64,000 bases of DNA from Lama glama (Eukaryota). The notes below the pieces were generated by a model that made no database searches, was not told the origin of the DNA, and saw only the letters and a list, made by a program, of their open reading frames with translations. The position numbers were made by a program, and so were the translations under genes. Positions within the stretch are counted from its first letter, which is position 1. Each line of letters starts with the position of its first letter. Shown here in pieces: positions 1 through 13,116 of the stretch. Location of the stretch: contig CM052818.1 in the NCBI GenBank assembly GCA_028534125.1, positions 35,528,001 through 35,592,000 of the forward strand. The letters run 5' to 3'.

Positions 1-129
1 GAAACTCAGAAGGATGAACCAGGTGGGAAGGGCTGGGTAACAAGGGCAGGACGTCAAGGAAGTATGAAGAAGGTGCAATCAACAGGGAGCAATGCCACCA
101 AAGATAAAGACATCAGCTAATAAAAGAGT

Positions 130-720
130 GCAGAATGGGTTTTTTGCATGGTTTCCACAGATTTCTAACTGCAAAGACCAAAAAGTATATTTACAATGGA
201 GAGAGCTGGCTGTCACCCCTTGAACCTGGCATCATCACACTTAGCATCCAGAAAAGTGGGCACCAGACACTTGCACTCCTGTTTTGACGCTCAGCGTGGT
301 ACCCAGCACCGCCCATGAAGTGTTACGGCCCAAAGTATTTAACTGCATCCAATCACACCTTCAGATCAGATTCCAGGTTGCAGGAAGTACAGGAGACAGG
401 AGAGCAAAATGAAGGACACCATGAGGAAACAACCAGACACAGCCAGTGACCCTGTCTCTTCAAAAGGTCAATGTCACAAAAAACAAAGAGGGGCAGGAGA
501 GGGGTTGGGTCTGGTTAAGAGACATAAGAGACACAGAAGACCAAGTAAACACATGGTCTTTACTGAATCCTGATTTGAAAGACAGCAGTAAAAGATAATG
601 TGGGACTATTAGGGAAATCTGAATTTGAACCAAATATTAAAAAAAAAATCAGGGAATGATTGTTAATTTTGTCAGGTGAGCTAAGGGTATTTTGCAGTTA
701 TGAAGACTAACTTTTTTTGC
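130..720 (+). mobile_element. Old L1 (L1MC/ME-like) 3' region fragment
   Basis: Resembles L1M 3'UTR consensus (tgggactattagggaaatctgaat...tgttaattttgtcaggtg). Confidence 0.55.
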
Positions 721-1544
721 TGTTTGTTTCTTTTTTCTTTCTTTTTACAGTGGAAGAGACCTGAACTTATATTTAGACTGAGGGAACCAGAGAGGGAGAA
801 AGGGCAGAGGCACGGAGAAGGAAACAAGGGCTGTAGGGAAGTTCCTGAGGAGGAAGGAGCCTTTCTGGGGAAGGATGCTTGCAGCAAGGCGAGGGACCCC
901 TAGCTGACAGCCCCTGTTTTCTCAGTGGGCAGAAGAAGGCCAGGCTACCTCTGAGACTGAAGAAGCAGATCTGCAAAGGCACTTGAGAAAACAGAAGGTT
1001 TGCAGTGACCACTGAAAGGGTGAGAGAGGGTGTGGTCAATGAATGGAGAGGGAGCTGCCCTGAAAGCCCCAATACAAACGTAAAGCATGGAGCTGTGGCG
1101 GCCCCAGCTTCACGATGTGTGGTTTTCTGGGGCGGTTCTCTGAGCAGGGTGATGGGGCGGAGAAGGCGGGCATGGCTGCGGCGGGACCAGGAGGTGAAGG
1201 CAGGTGGACACAGAGTATGGTTCCCACTGGGTCTGGGGTGGGGAAGCCAGGAGGGGCACCTCAGTGGGAGCTGAACCTGGGAGATAACAGAGGGCATCCG
1301 GGGAGGTGAGGTCTCAATGAGACAATAGGGGAGAGAGGACAAGAGGGGAAGGACAGAGCCTTTGGCCAGTCACCCCAGGAGGGAGAGCCCCAGGACCCCC
1401 TCTCACCCCAGCGTGCTGCAGGAAGCTGCCCTCCCCTCCTCAGGGACTCACTGTGGCACCGTCTCTGAGCGTGCTGGACTTGAAGCTGCAGTGCAGCACA
1501 AACACGATGCCTGTATGTCAGTGGGCTACTCTGAGATCAAAATG

Positions 1545-2565
1545 CCATTTTTTGAAATTGGGGTAAAAGTCACAAAACACAAAATCAACCCTTTTAAAGT
1601 ACACGTTTAATACCTGAACAATGTTTTCCAACTAAAGCATTTTCATCACCCTAAAAGGAAACCCACTTATTAGTCATCAATCGTTGCTTTCCATTCCTCT
1701 CTCCCCGAGTCCCTGGCAAACACTCATCTGTTTTCGTCTCTATGGATTCACCCGTTTTGGACATCTCACATAAATGGAATCGTACAATATGTGACCTTCT
1801 GGGCTGTTTCCACCTCCGGGCTATTGTGAATAGCGCTGCTGTGAACATTGGTGTCCAAGTGTTTGAGTATCTGTTTTGGGTATGTATCTAGGGAGAACTG
1901 CTGAGTCATATGGTAATTCTATATGTTTAACTCGTGGAGAAACCACTAAACTGTTTTCCACAGTGTCTACACCATTTACATTTCCACTAGCAATGTACAA
2001 GTGTTCCAACTTTATCCATACTCACCAAGACCTGTCATTTTATAGGATTTTTTTTAATACAGCCATCCTAGTGGGTGTAAAGTGGTATCTCATTGTGGTT
2101 TTGATTTGCATTTCCTTACTGATTAGTGATGCTGAGCCTCAATTCATGTTCTTGTTGGCCATCTGTATAACTTTTTTGGAGAAATGTCTATTCAAGTCCT
2201 TTGCACGTTTTTAATTGGGTTGTCTTTTTGATGTTAAGTTGTAGGAATTTCTCACATATTCTGGTTACTGGACCCTTATTAGATATATGGTTTGTAAATG
2301 TTTCCTCCCATTCTGTGGTTGTCTTTTCAGTTTGATAGTGTCCTTTGATGCACAAAAGTTTTCAATGTTGACAAAGTCAAATTTATTTATTTTTTCTTTT
2401 GTTGCTTTTGTTTTCATTGTTATATCTAAGAATCCATTGCCAAAGTCAAGATCAAAAAGATACACACTTAAAGTTTCTTTTAAGAGTTCTATAGATTTAG
2501 CTCTTATATTTAGGTCTTTGATCTATTTTGAGTTAATTTTTACATAAGTTGTGAGGTAGGGATGA
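1545..2565 (-). mobile_element. L1 (L1MB-like) 3' fragment including the end of ORF2
   Basis: Minus ORFs MFTAALFTIARRWKQP and NGFLDITMKTKATKEKINKFD resemble the L1 ORF2 C-terminus; broken by frameshifts and stops. Confidence 0.88.
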
Positions 2566-3032
2566 AAGCGCAAACTTTAAATCCATGACCCTTCATAATA
2601 TTTTATGATTAACTCTAGGCTGATATATTAGATTGTTTATGTAAAAGGCCTTGGCATTCTCAAAATGAGTACTTTCAGTTATCCTTAGCGAGTGACTTCA
2701 AAAGGTCAGGACACACGGTCATTGCACTGTCCTGAGACATGCACTTGGACCCATCAGGCAGCGAGTCAGGTGTCCAGAAGCAAATCCCTAAGCAAACAAC
2801 TGAGCTTATTGGGCCTTGGCTCCCCATCTTCTCCTGACTTTCTTGGTCCCAAAGTGTTATCCAGGTTCAGATATTCTCACTAGACTTGAAAGTGTCACTT
2901 AAATTCTAAAAATTATACTTTACTGCATATAATGTACAGTATTATTAACAAAATAGACTTTCTGTGACAAGTCTCAGCACAGCTTCAGTCCTTGGGGTGG
3001 CCAAGTACAAGTTGGAGAAATATCCATTAAGG

Positions 3033-3198
3033 ATGAAGGAAGAGAGAGAGGAAGAAAGAAAAGAAAGGAAGAAAGAAGGAAAGAAGGAAAAGAAGGAAAG
3101 GAAGGAAGGAACGAAGGAAGGACGGAAGGACGGAAGGAAGGAAGAGGCAGGCAGGAAGGGAGGGAAGGAGGGAGGGAGACAAGAGAGAAAGATAGAAG
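3033..3198. repeat. Purine-rich (GGAA/GAAA)n low-complexity microsatellite
   Basis: Seen directly; explains the spurious E/K/R-rich and F/L/S-rich ORFs. Confidence 0.92.
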
Positions 3199-4662
3199 GT
3201 CCCAGGCTTAGAGGACTGGAAAGAGCATCTGGTTGAGAGACGCCACTAGGAAATGCTGCCTCCAAAGCTGGGCTCTGAATCTATTGCAATTATCTATTGA
3301 CTCGACTTACTTATAATCACCTGTCCTTATGTTGTCCTTGCTGTCTGCAGTACAGTAATCATTAATCAACTCGCCCTCTTGCTAATGCAGTAATTCACTG
3401 CTCTGGGGACTCTAGGAATTTGCAGGACGCTGAATTTTCAAGGCTGTAGCTAACAAAACGCCTTCCCGGGCCCGGATGTGCCGTAGGGAAAGCAAGAGCT
3501 GGCAGCCGCCTGCCTCTGTGTCCCCCCTAGGGAGGTGCCCTCTGGCCGCACGATGACTGGTTTATTTTCCATTCAGATGTTCTCTTCTAGATTATAGTTG
3601 TCTTAAACAGGGCAAGTGAAACAGTATCTGAAGCCATTGCCAGGGCAACCTGACAAAAGACTTTACCCTCGGTGTGACAGTATATGTAATTTGTCAAAGG
3701 CAGCTGGCTCAGGGAGAGAGGAAGGAGAGAGGAATAGGTCGTTACTTTTGGTCTTTGAAAGGAAAGCTGAAACACTATCTTCAGGTTAAATCAACTGAAA
3801 CAGAACAGGAAAGCAATTGTGACCTGTGCAATAAACACTCAGAAAAGTCAGTTTGGGAAGGCTGAGAGGCAAACCTTAAACCTTTTTTTCCCTGATGATC
3901 TCTGTAAAATAGTTGCACGTCAGGGCTTTTAAAACCAAGTGGCTTGAAGACCTGGAGCTGAAAGTAAGCTCCAAAGGGGAGAGAGGGCAAGAAATTGAAG
4001 AAAGCAATCAGGATGTTCAAGTACATTAGATGCATGGAAGCTGGGAGTTCTTGACACATCTGCTAGCTCTTCTCTCCCCAGACCATAGCCCCTCCATGAG
4101 AGCAGCCGCTTGTACTGAGACCAGCATCACAGAGCTCAGACCAGCTTCAACCTGCTCATGGTATCACTGAAAAGACAGGCCCATGAAAGATAACCGGCTC
4201 GAGGTTACCCAGCTAGGAAGGGGCAGAACTAAGCCCAAAGCCCTGTCTCCTGCTTCCCCGTGATCTTTCCACTTATCTGATGCCTCTGTCCTGTGAACAT
4301 CAGTTTATTCTATCTTCGAAAGAAGCATAACCTGGACAGCTTTCAAAGTATGCCCCATGGAGACAGGGGCCGAGCTTGGAGGGCACTGGGCATCCCCTGC
4401 TCTCAAAGGTATACCTCCCTTTCTGTTTTTATATCTATGGGGGCCCCACTGAAAATTATTTAAGGGAAAATCATTTTTAAAAATCAGAAACCAAGAAACT
4501 TTTTCCCTCACCTATAATGAATAGTGTCATAATAAATACTTTCTACGTGTTAAAAAAAGAAATCAGAAACCAAATTGGAATGGATCATAACAATGCTGAC
4601 TCAGAGGTTCTACCCGCCTCTCCCCACCGCTCCCACCTCCAGAGCCCCTTGGGCCTCCTTAC

Positions 4663-4813
4663 CGAGTTGGTGCCCAGGATCTGCAGGTTGGGTTTCTCCG
4701 ACTCAAGCAGCTTGGCCACCATCTTGAGGAAACTCTCCACGAAGAGGTTGATGCTCTGGCAGTGGCAGGCCATGAGCAGCTGGTCCAGGGCCTCCATGGC
4801 GATGCACACGTAC
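4663..4813 (-). CDS. EFR3B: EFR3B coding exon 4 ((G)YVCIAMEALDQLLMACHCQSINLFVESFLKMVAKLLESEKPNLQILGTNS)
   Basis: ccccag|GTACGT...AACTCG|gtaagg, 151 nt. Contained in the ORF track entry 4585..4950. Confidence 0.97.
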
Positions 4814-5785
4814 CTGGGGAAAGTAGCACCATGGCCATCACTCCGCCTCACGCCCACGCCACCCCCGCTGCACCAGCTGGGCAGCCTCCAGGTAATGCAG
4901 CTCGTCCACAGGTTGTCAATGTCTGGAGAGCTGTTCCAACAAGTGCCCACTCCGGCCCAGCACAGAGAATCAGAAAGAATCAGAGCTGGAAGGAAGCCTA
5001 GAGGCCAATGTATTCAGCCCTTTATTTTACAGATGAACATGAGGACAGACGAGGTATAGCATTTCAAGAGTAAATACAAGCTGAGAGGATTGATGCCCTG
5101 AAGAGCAACTTCTGAACCCAAACCCAGTGGGATCAGAGAACTATTCAGTCTAAGTCATGAAGTGTTTGTTGAGCATCTGCTGAGGAAAAGCTCTGTCCTA
5201 GTCAGTGCAGAGGTGTAGGTGCGAAGAAGTCCTTCAACTTAAGGAGTCTGGAGCTGGAGAGATACACGGATATCTCTTCAAAAGGGAAAATAAGAAATGC
5301 TACAAGAAAACCACGCACGATGTCCCACGAGGGTTCCAAAGAAGGAAGGAGGCTCCAGTGGGGAGGGAATGAAGAACTTTCTGCAGAAAGTGTGAAGTGG
5401 CCTGGGTGAGCAGACTGCAAAGGCTAAGGAACATCAAACTGCAAGCTTTGCACTTGCAGCCCTCAGAAGTTCTGCAATGAAGCACCGCGCAAACAGAATG
5501 GTTGACAGCACTACCGTGTCTGATGACACTTACCCGGGGAGCATTTTTCCCTCTAGAGGATGAGCTAGACACAGAATAAAAATTCTTTTCTCCTTATGAA
5601 GAAGGTGCTCTGTGTCAACGCTGAGTCCCTAACTACTTAATTCTTCCGAAGTCTAAAACCTGAGGGAATACGTTCAGAAACTGGGAAGACAAAACACCCA
5701 ATGGAGAATAGCTTACCAATTACATCAGCCCATCCCATTTTTTGACAACCAAATAAAAACTTCTTCACATTTCAAGAAAACCCTA

Positions 5786-6164
5786 TGTGAGCTGGTGTTG
5801 AGATGAGTTAAGGCCGTGGGACCCAAGGCCACGATTGGAGCATGTTTGTAGTATGCAGGAAATAATTGCTCCACGCGTGTGTCAATTATATAAGATTTAG
5901 AACAAAGAAAATAGAAGTACGCATGTGCTAGAGATATTCTGTAAGCCTAATGAACAAGGAAACTCAGACCGCGCATGTGCTGACAGAAAACAGATGAAAG
6001 CAGGACAGGTGCATCACAGGCGCACCTCCCTGTGGCAATAAAGTGTTGTTAACCCCATGGTGTCTCCGGCTGAAGTCTGTCCAGCAGTATGGCAACTCCT
6101 CGTGCAGTTTTTCGTTTGGGCCGCTCACCTCCTAGAACCCCACATCAGCCTCCCTCGGCTGACA
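5786..6164 (+). mobile_element. Putative ERV solo LTR (~379 bp), family unassigned
   Basis: TG...CA ends with an imperfect inverted repeat (TGTGAGCTG / CGGCTGACA), flanks CCCTA/CTCTA (possible 5-bp TSD, 1 mismatch), TATA-like ATTATATAAG at ~5885, AATAAA at 6037-6042. Confidence 0.55.
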
Positions 6165-9100
6165 CTCTAATAATCTCTATCCTAATTCACAATTTTACTT
6201 TTAGAAGCAGCGAAAAAGAGGGCTGAACCCTTCTCCTACCTGCCAGCCCTTCAACCACTGGGAAACAACTATCTTATTTTCCTTGTCCTTGTCTTCTCCA
6301 TGCTAAAAAGACCCAGTCCTTTCCAGACCAGCCTTTGCAGGACAGCTCCCAAGTATCGTCTTCGCCAACACCTCTCTTAAATCCCAAGGAAAATGCCACA
6401 GATCAAATTCCTACTGAGAATTAGGAATGCACGTCTAAGCTCAAACCCAATATATGTCCCATGGCAGTGACCTAACAGGCATACGGTCAGGTAAGGTGCA
6501 CCCCACCAGTTACAAAGCATCTGCAGTCTAAAGAGAACTAGGTAGACAGACATAGAAAAAGGTTACCTTACATAACTTCTAATAAGGGAGCCTCTGCAAA
6601 ACTGCTCTTGTTAAAATTTTTATAGTTTTCATTAAGGAGTTAGGTGTCTGGGGCAGAATGCTAGATGTCTCTCCAGGAATCTATTTTTTTCCCCCCTTTT
6701 CCCTAGTAATTTAGAAGTTTTGCCTAGCTGTGGCTGCTCAATGGGAACATCCCCCAGCCTCTCGTGCTGCTAGGTGAGGCCACGTGATTTAAATGTTGCC
6801 ATTAAAAGGAACAGAGTAGGGGAGTGAGGTGAGCAACACCAGCCCTCCTCATCCTCTCTTCCTGCTGGCTGCAGGGTGGCAGCAACTGGACAGTCAGAGG
6901 TGAAAGCACCTGGGTGACCTTGTGGAGCAGAGCCCACTGATCCTGCCTGGACTATTGCACGAGAGAGAGAAAAAAAAAAACACTTCCATACTGCTGGAGC
7001 CACTGTGCCTTTTTATACCCTAAGTAACCCAGGTATCTGATAAGCAGGTTGCAGAGTGCTTTAGAAACCCGAGGGTACAAATAAAAGTGAATCCTGAGCA
7101 ATCCAAAGCAACTCAAGTAAGTGCCCTCACAGGAAAGAGAAGTCAGGCTGAAGATGCCTCCATCCTGCCAGAGGAGAGACTGCTGCAAGACTTCCTGGAC
7201 GCGGGGTGAGGCTCATGTGCCCATCACAGGAGATACCTGGGTTGCTAAGGAGTCAGACCGATGCCTCTAAGTCAAAGCAGTAGCAAAAGGCTACTCTTAA
7301 AGAAGACGGTAGAGCTGTCACTACGGGCTTTTCCAATGTTAAAGCTGCCCGATGCTCTAATGCCAGGTTCATGTGCCGTGTACACCAAAGAGGATGAATG
7401 AAAAGATTTGCTCTTCTTTGTGTCTTGACCCAAATCATGTCTATCGTTGAAGGTGAGGCAGATAGCACAAAATTCTTGATTAGCTCATCTTTGTCTTTTT
7501 TTTTTTTGTCTTTTTTTTTTTTTAAACAAAGTTTGGTTAAATAAAAAAGAAAGCACAGAAAGCATGACGACAGGACAATTTCTGGAGATACAAGGTCACG
7601 ACTCAGGCTTCACAACACAGCTTGCAGCAGCCATTCAATTTCAGACACTGTGTCTCCAAACTGCCTCGCACAAGAGCCAGCTTTGCAAATTTAAATGTAT
7701 AACATAACAGCAGTCGAGATGTTTTCTAAATGACTTTTTTTTTTAAAAGACATCAGATACTATTTTTTAGGGACCTCTGGGCTAACTTCTCTACCAAGAA
7801 ACCATTAAAAAACAGCCTTTCTACTCTGAAATTTTCCTTTCTACTTTGGTAAAATGTTTATTTTGCTTACCTAAAGGAACCAAATCAACTATTATAAAAT
7901 TAAAAAATTTAAAATATTATTAAATAGCTGTCTCTGGGCATATTCACAAATGGATCTGGTCACAATCATGTTCTTGTCTACAGAGTGTCTTTCAAATACA
8001 AAGACGGCACTGGGTCTCTGGGCTCTTTTGGTGAACTGGAGTCATGGTCCTCCTGCTCTGGAGGGCCGGCCAGTCCTGCTTCACTATGGCCTTGCCCTTC
8101 ACAGGCTGTCCTGGTCCCCGCCCAGGGTATCTACTGTGCTTTGCAGACCCAGTCCCAGCATGTTTCCGGTCCTCTGTGCAGGCTGTGAAGCGGACTGACT
8201 CCTGCAGGTTTGGGGAAGCAGCCTGGGCCAGGGCCCTTGCAAAGGGACAGGTTTTCCCTGCAGAGGAACCCGGACACTTTCCGGCAACCAAACACGGCGG
8301 GTGGGAAATGGGAACAGGCACTGTGGAATTCTCTTCTTTTAGGAATCATCCCAGCCCTCTTCTGTAGGAAGGGTTTCACCATTATTTTACAGAGTTTAAA
8401 TGAGGGAAAGGAAAGGGTGGGTGGGGCTTGGCAAGAGAAGAAACTAGAAGGCCCCCGCAAACCCCAGAGCTTAGATTGCTGCTTTTCCTTTTCCTGAAAA
8501 AATTCCCAGAATATCCTGATAAGGAAAACCATCCTTTCCTAGCCAGAGGGGGGAAAATTGGCTTCTGACCAGGAGTGGAAATTTTGATGGAAAACAAAAA
8601 CTATGGTAGAAGTGAAACTGAAAAGTAACAAAGTTTAAGGCCTGCTTCTTGAATACACTCTCCTTCAACCCCCATCTTTGATCCCAGCAGTAAGGATGGA
8701 AGGACTGTAATTATGAACTTGAACTTTTCAAAGTAGCTTAGAAGGTTGGAAATCAATGGGACCTTGGACCCTTCTAGTCCAGTGCTTGCTGCATTGGTCC
8801 ATCTTACCATAAGCTCCCTGGGCACGTCTTCTCCGTGAAGTCTGCACTCCTAAAGGGAATAGAGCACAGGCTTCTTGGGGTATATCCACTGGGCTTGGTG
8901 TCCTGAAAGGGGTTCAATGTCGTAACAGGTCTGAGAAACTGGCCTGACTGGGTCAGGAAGTCGCTGGTCAGGACTGGCCCACTGCAGGGGCCCAAGGGAG
9001 AAGGCAAGAGCAGGTGACGGACCACAGCAGCAAATGACAACCAAGAGTTCTGGGTCCACTCATAAAGCTTCACCCAGCAGGTGAAGAAGGCAGAACCCAA

Positions 9101-11569
9101 GGGATATGGGATGGACCGGGATTCGTGGGCTGCAACCAAGGTCAGGCCAGGACATTGGGCAGGTTATAACAATAGGAACTCAGGGTCATGGGCCAACCAA
9201 GGCAGAAGCTAAGGAAAATACACAGGGGGCCTGATGTTTCGGAGTGAGGCAGGAAGTACCTTGTACTGAATCCCAGAATAGGCTGCTGGTTCTGCTTGAA
9301 CACCATTCACTCAGTCAGGAGTGGCCCTAGGACCCTGCGGGAAAGGGGACCCAGACTTCACTGGAGAGGAAAGGCAGATCCAGGGTCAGAGATGGGGACC
9401 AGCAGGCAGAGAAAGGGGGCAGCTTTAGTGGGGCCAGTCATTACCCAAGAATCCCTCAAAGAGCAGCAGACAAAAAAACCTCTTATTCTGGGCAATTTGA
9501 ACACATTTAGTCATGTCCCCACTGCTGGACAGAATCTTCTGGGTTTTAGGAGCCCAGAAGTAGAGGCTGACCTAAGCCAAGTGGGTAAGGATGAACCCCC
9601 TCATCTAGTAGGAATCTGTGATATCTCTTTCTGAAGGGTCAGCTCCATCCTACCAGGTTCAGGATCCTTCTGGGGACTGTGCATCCCTCGGGAGCCCCAC
9701 CAGGTGAGCTCCAGGGCCAGGCTCCTTGCGGAGTAGCCCATCCCATTTTGGCATGGGCGTCTCCTTCCTCCACAGTTTCAGGCACTGGGGAACCTGACAG
9801 GTTCTAACATGGCCCATTGTACGTGGTCACTGCTCTGTGGTCACTGTCTGCTGACCCTGAGTCTCACCCAGCACTGCCGTTACCTCCCCTGTCCTTGAGT
9901 TTCTAGGGGTGCTTTAGCAGTTGGGCTGAACTGGATGGGAAGAGGGCAAAGAGGAAGAAGAAAAATATCAGGAATTCTTGCTTTTTGTTGCTCTGCACAT
10001 CACTGTCCATCAGAGACACACGGAGCACCAACACCGTGAAACCTGCATCTTACCCTCTCTCTGCCCACATTTGCTTTTCACCCCTGATGCTAAACACAAA
10101 TGAGCAGAGTTCACATACATCTGGAATGGGGCAATTCTGCAGGGAGACAATGGGGCAGAGGAGGGTAGATCTGCCACTGGGTCCAACACCCAAGGTTCAC
10201 GCCCACATGGTCAAACCATAAACACAGACGCCTGCAACAGCAAGGAGACAGCTTCTCAGGTTGCCTGTGCGTGAATATTTCGCTCCTCCAAAGCCGCCAT
10301 CAGTGACGAGGAAGGTGATGATGACTGCGGCGTTGGGTAAGGAAAGACGAGGAGAGAGAGGAGAGAGAACAGGAGAACAGGTCTAACAGATTTTTCTTCT
10401 CCAAGTGTTTATGATTAGAGCCCCCGTGAGGCCGTTAAAGCTTTAAATACTTAGACGCTGCAATGGTTATTTTTAACAGAACGATACCAATTTTGAATTG
10501 CTGTTGTAAGGGCAGTGGGATGTTTCCAAGCGGCTACAGGACATTTTTACTGAGAGAACCATCACTGCAGAGAGAGCAGGCAAAATTAGCATTAAATGTT
10601 TAATGTTATTGTTTGCATATTAGTTTCAGGTTCAGTCTAGGATAAAGTCATTTTAATGTGCTTAAGCCTGCTTTATAATATGTCAAGGTGATTTATATAA
10701 TCAGCATGTACAGTATACTCATGCCCTTTTTATTGCGCGTGTAACCTAATTTTATTATATAAAGGGATCGTAGAAATGAAGTGTTTGGGGTCCTGCTTTT
10801 ACACCCGGGATAGCTTGCTGTAAGCGTGGCTGGTGGGTCCTGTCGAGGTGTGGACCTCTAGATCTTGTCAGCACAATGCAGACTTTTACACTCTGGTTCT
10901 CACTCTACCTTCCTCACCAGGCGGAAGGAGCCTTAGAGGGCGATGGGGCTGCTGGGTGGTAGGCATGGGGTGGTGCTGAAAGGGCTCCAGGGGAGAGAGT
11001 GCCGCAAAGGCTCAGAGGCCAGAAAGCCAAGGAGGGGTCGTCAGCTAGTCCGTCTGGAGCGGGCCTAGGGCAGGCACGACAGGTGAGGTGGGCAGGGCTG
11101 GGGGAAGGCAAGTTAGGGGCAGGTAGTGGAAGACCCCAGAAATCAAGGTGACAGTCTTGAATTGTATTCTGAAGGAGCCAGGAAAGTGTTGCTTTGGGTC
11201 GGTGTTGTAAAGATCACAGCTAGCAGAATTATCTGGAAGGACCAGACCAGGAAAGACGGGAAGCAGGGAAACAACTTGAAGACTACCGCCATAATCCAGA
11301 GTCTGTACCAGGAGAAAGGCAGGAGCAGAGGAAAGTAGAGGATGGATATATAAAAGGTTTCATGGAGAATAGAACAAGTGGGACTTAGGAACATCTGCCA
11401 TAAAGCTACTCTTCCGTCTGCCCCATCAGCAGTGCCGCCAGGGACGTCTTGAGTTCTCTTCTCATCCAGGCCCTGCCCAAACTGTGGTGTGACAGGAGGG
11501 CAGCAAACACGGTATGACCCGCGCTTCACTGGTTTCACTGTGGACATAACCATGCTCGATAGAGAATAT

Positions 11570-12580
11570 TTAGGAAACACACAAAAAAGGTAGATGGAAA
11601 ACAAAAAAAAGCAAGAACTCCAGCCACACTGCTCACAAACAAGCACTCTTAGTATTTTGGCATATTTGTTTTTACTGTATTTTCTAGTCATTGAGATTTG
11701 TTGTTGTTTTTAACTTGATTTAAACACTGTGTTTGAATTATGAATTCTGCTTTTCATTTACTCAAGGCAGTTTCCATATTATATGTGAAGTATGTTTATA
11801 AACACCATTTTCATTGACTAGATGGTATTTCCCCAAATGATAAACACCCAAATTTAGTAAACTATTCACCTCTTATTAGACATTTATTTCTACTTTTTCA
11901 ATACTCTTCATTACACAATGAACATCTCTGTGGGTAAAGTTAGATTACATTTAAGATTGATTCTTAGGGCTACATGAATAGAAATAGAATTATTGGATCA
12001 AAGGGCATAAGTGTTTTTGAAGCTCTTGACATATACTTCAAAATTACTTTCTAGAAAGGCTCAATCAATTTGCACTCATTCTAGAAAAGTATGACAATGC
12101 TTCTAATTTTGCCATCCCTGGGTTAATCCTGGGAATTAGATATACTTGAAAAAAATCAGTTTGATAAGTGAATGTGGCATCTTAGTTTTTCAATCCTCAT
12201 ATTGGATTATAGGTTTATTAAATATTATCCCATGTTTGTAGTCAGTTCAAGCTCCTCCTCTGTAAGTTGGTTATTTGGGGCTCTTGACTCAACTCATTTC
12301 GAGTCTCAGTAGCCCACACTATCCCTTATGTGCTATATGCTACTAATATAAGAGTTTGAATCTTTTTATTTTTCAAAAATATTTCTTTTGGTTGTTCATC
12401 TTTTACATTATGATGGTTACTCTTTTATATCAAAATATATAAAATTTTAAACCATTAAATCTCTTGGTCAGTCATTTTCTTTAAGATTCCTTCTCTCTCC
12501 TAAACATAGCAAGTCCTTCCCTCTTAGAAGATTGATGACTATTTCACTTAAGTGTATTTTTGATGGACAAATTACCCCTA
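11570..12580 (-). mobile_element. Old degraded L1 (L1ME-like) fragment
   Basis: AT-rich, with typical antisense L1 text (tagaaatagaattattggatcaaagggcat...atttgcactc). Confidence 0.6.
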
Positions 12581-12988
12581 ACTTTGTCTTCTCACTAGAA
12601 TTTAGATGGTTCCTTCTTGGGTTTTAAGACAGTGAGTTGAATGAGGCAGGAGGAGTCTGATGAGGATAACGGCACATTCTGAGCTAGACAAACTTTTTAA
12701 GGCCCCAGATGGTGTGCGAGGGCTTCTGGAGGGAGACATGGGGGATAAAGGGATGCTCAGAGAGGTGCTCCTAGGAAGCCAACACCCTCTTCTTCCTGAA
12801 TCTTAGCAAAGCGTCGCGTTGGACCTTTTGCAAGAGCACAGGAATGCACTCATCAGTGACAGCCCCCATTTTCTCAAGCTGTTCAATAATCTGATCTATT
12901 ATATTCTTAAAAGGATCCCACATTTTGCCCTAAAAATATAATATTATGTAGTTTCTGAAAATCTCTCTCCCCCTCCCATACCACGTAC

Positions 12989-13116
12989 CCATATCGATGA
13001 CGACCCACGTCGCGGATGAGCCTCTCGGAGAGGTAGGCGCCAATGCGATCGAGCTTTTCTGGGGCGGAGAGGGCGTAGAAGGTCAGCTTCTCCATGTTAG
13101 TCTTCACCAGGCCATC
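12989..13116 (-). CDS. EFR3B: EFR3B coding exon 3 (DGLVKTNMEKLTFYALSAPEKLDRIGAYLSERLIRDVGRHRY(G))
   Basis: ttccag|GATGGC...TATGG|gtacgt, 128 nt. Contained in the ORF track entry 12907..13170. Confidence 0.97.

Noticed and set aside
2945..3265. E/K/R-rich and F/S/L-rich ORFs
   Set aside because: Translations of the GGAA microsatellite.
4517..5059. 180-aa plus-strand ORF
   Set aside because: Antisense shadow of EFR3B exon 4; no recognisable domain.
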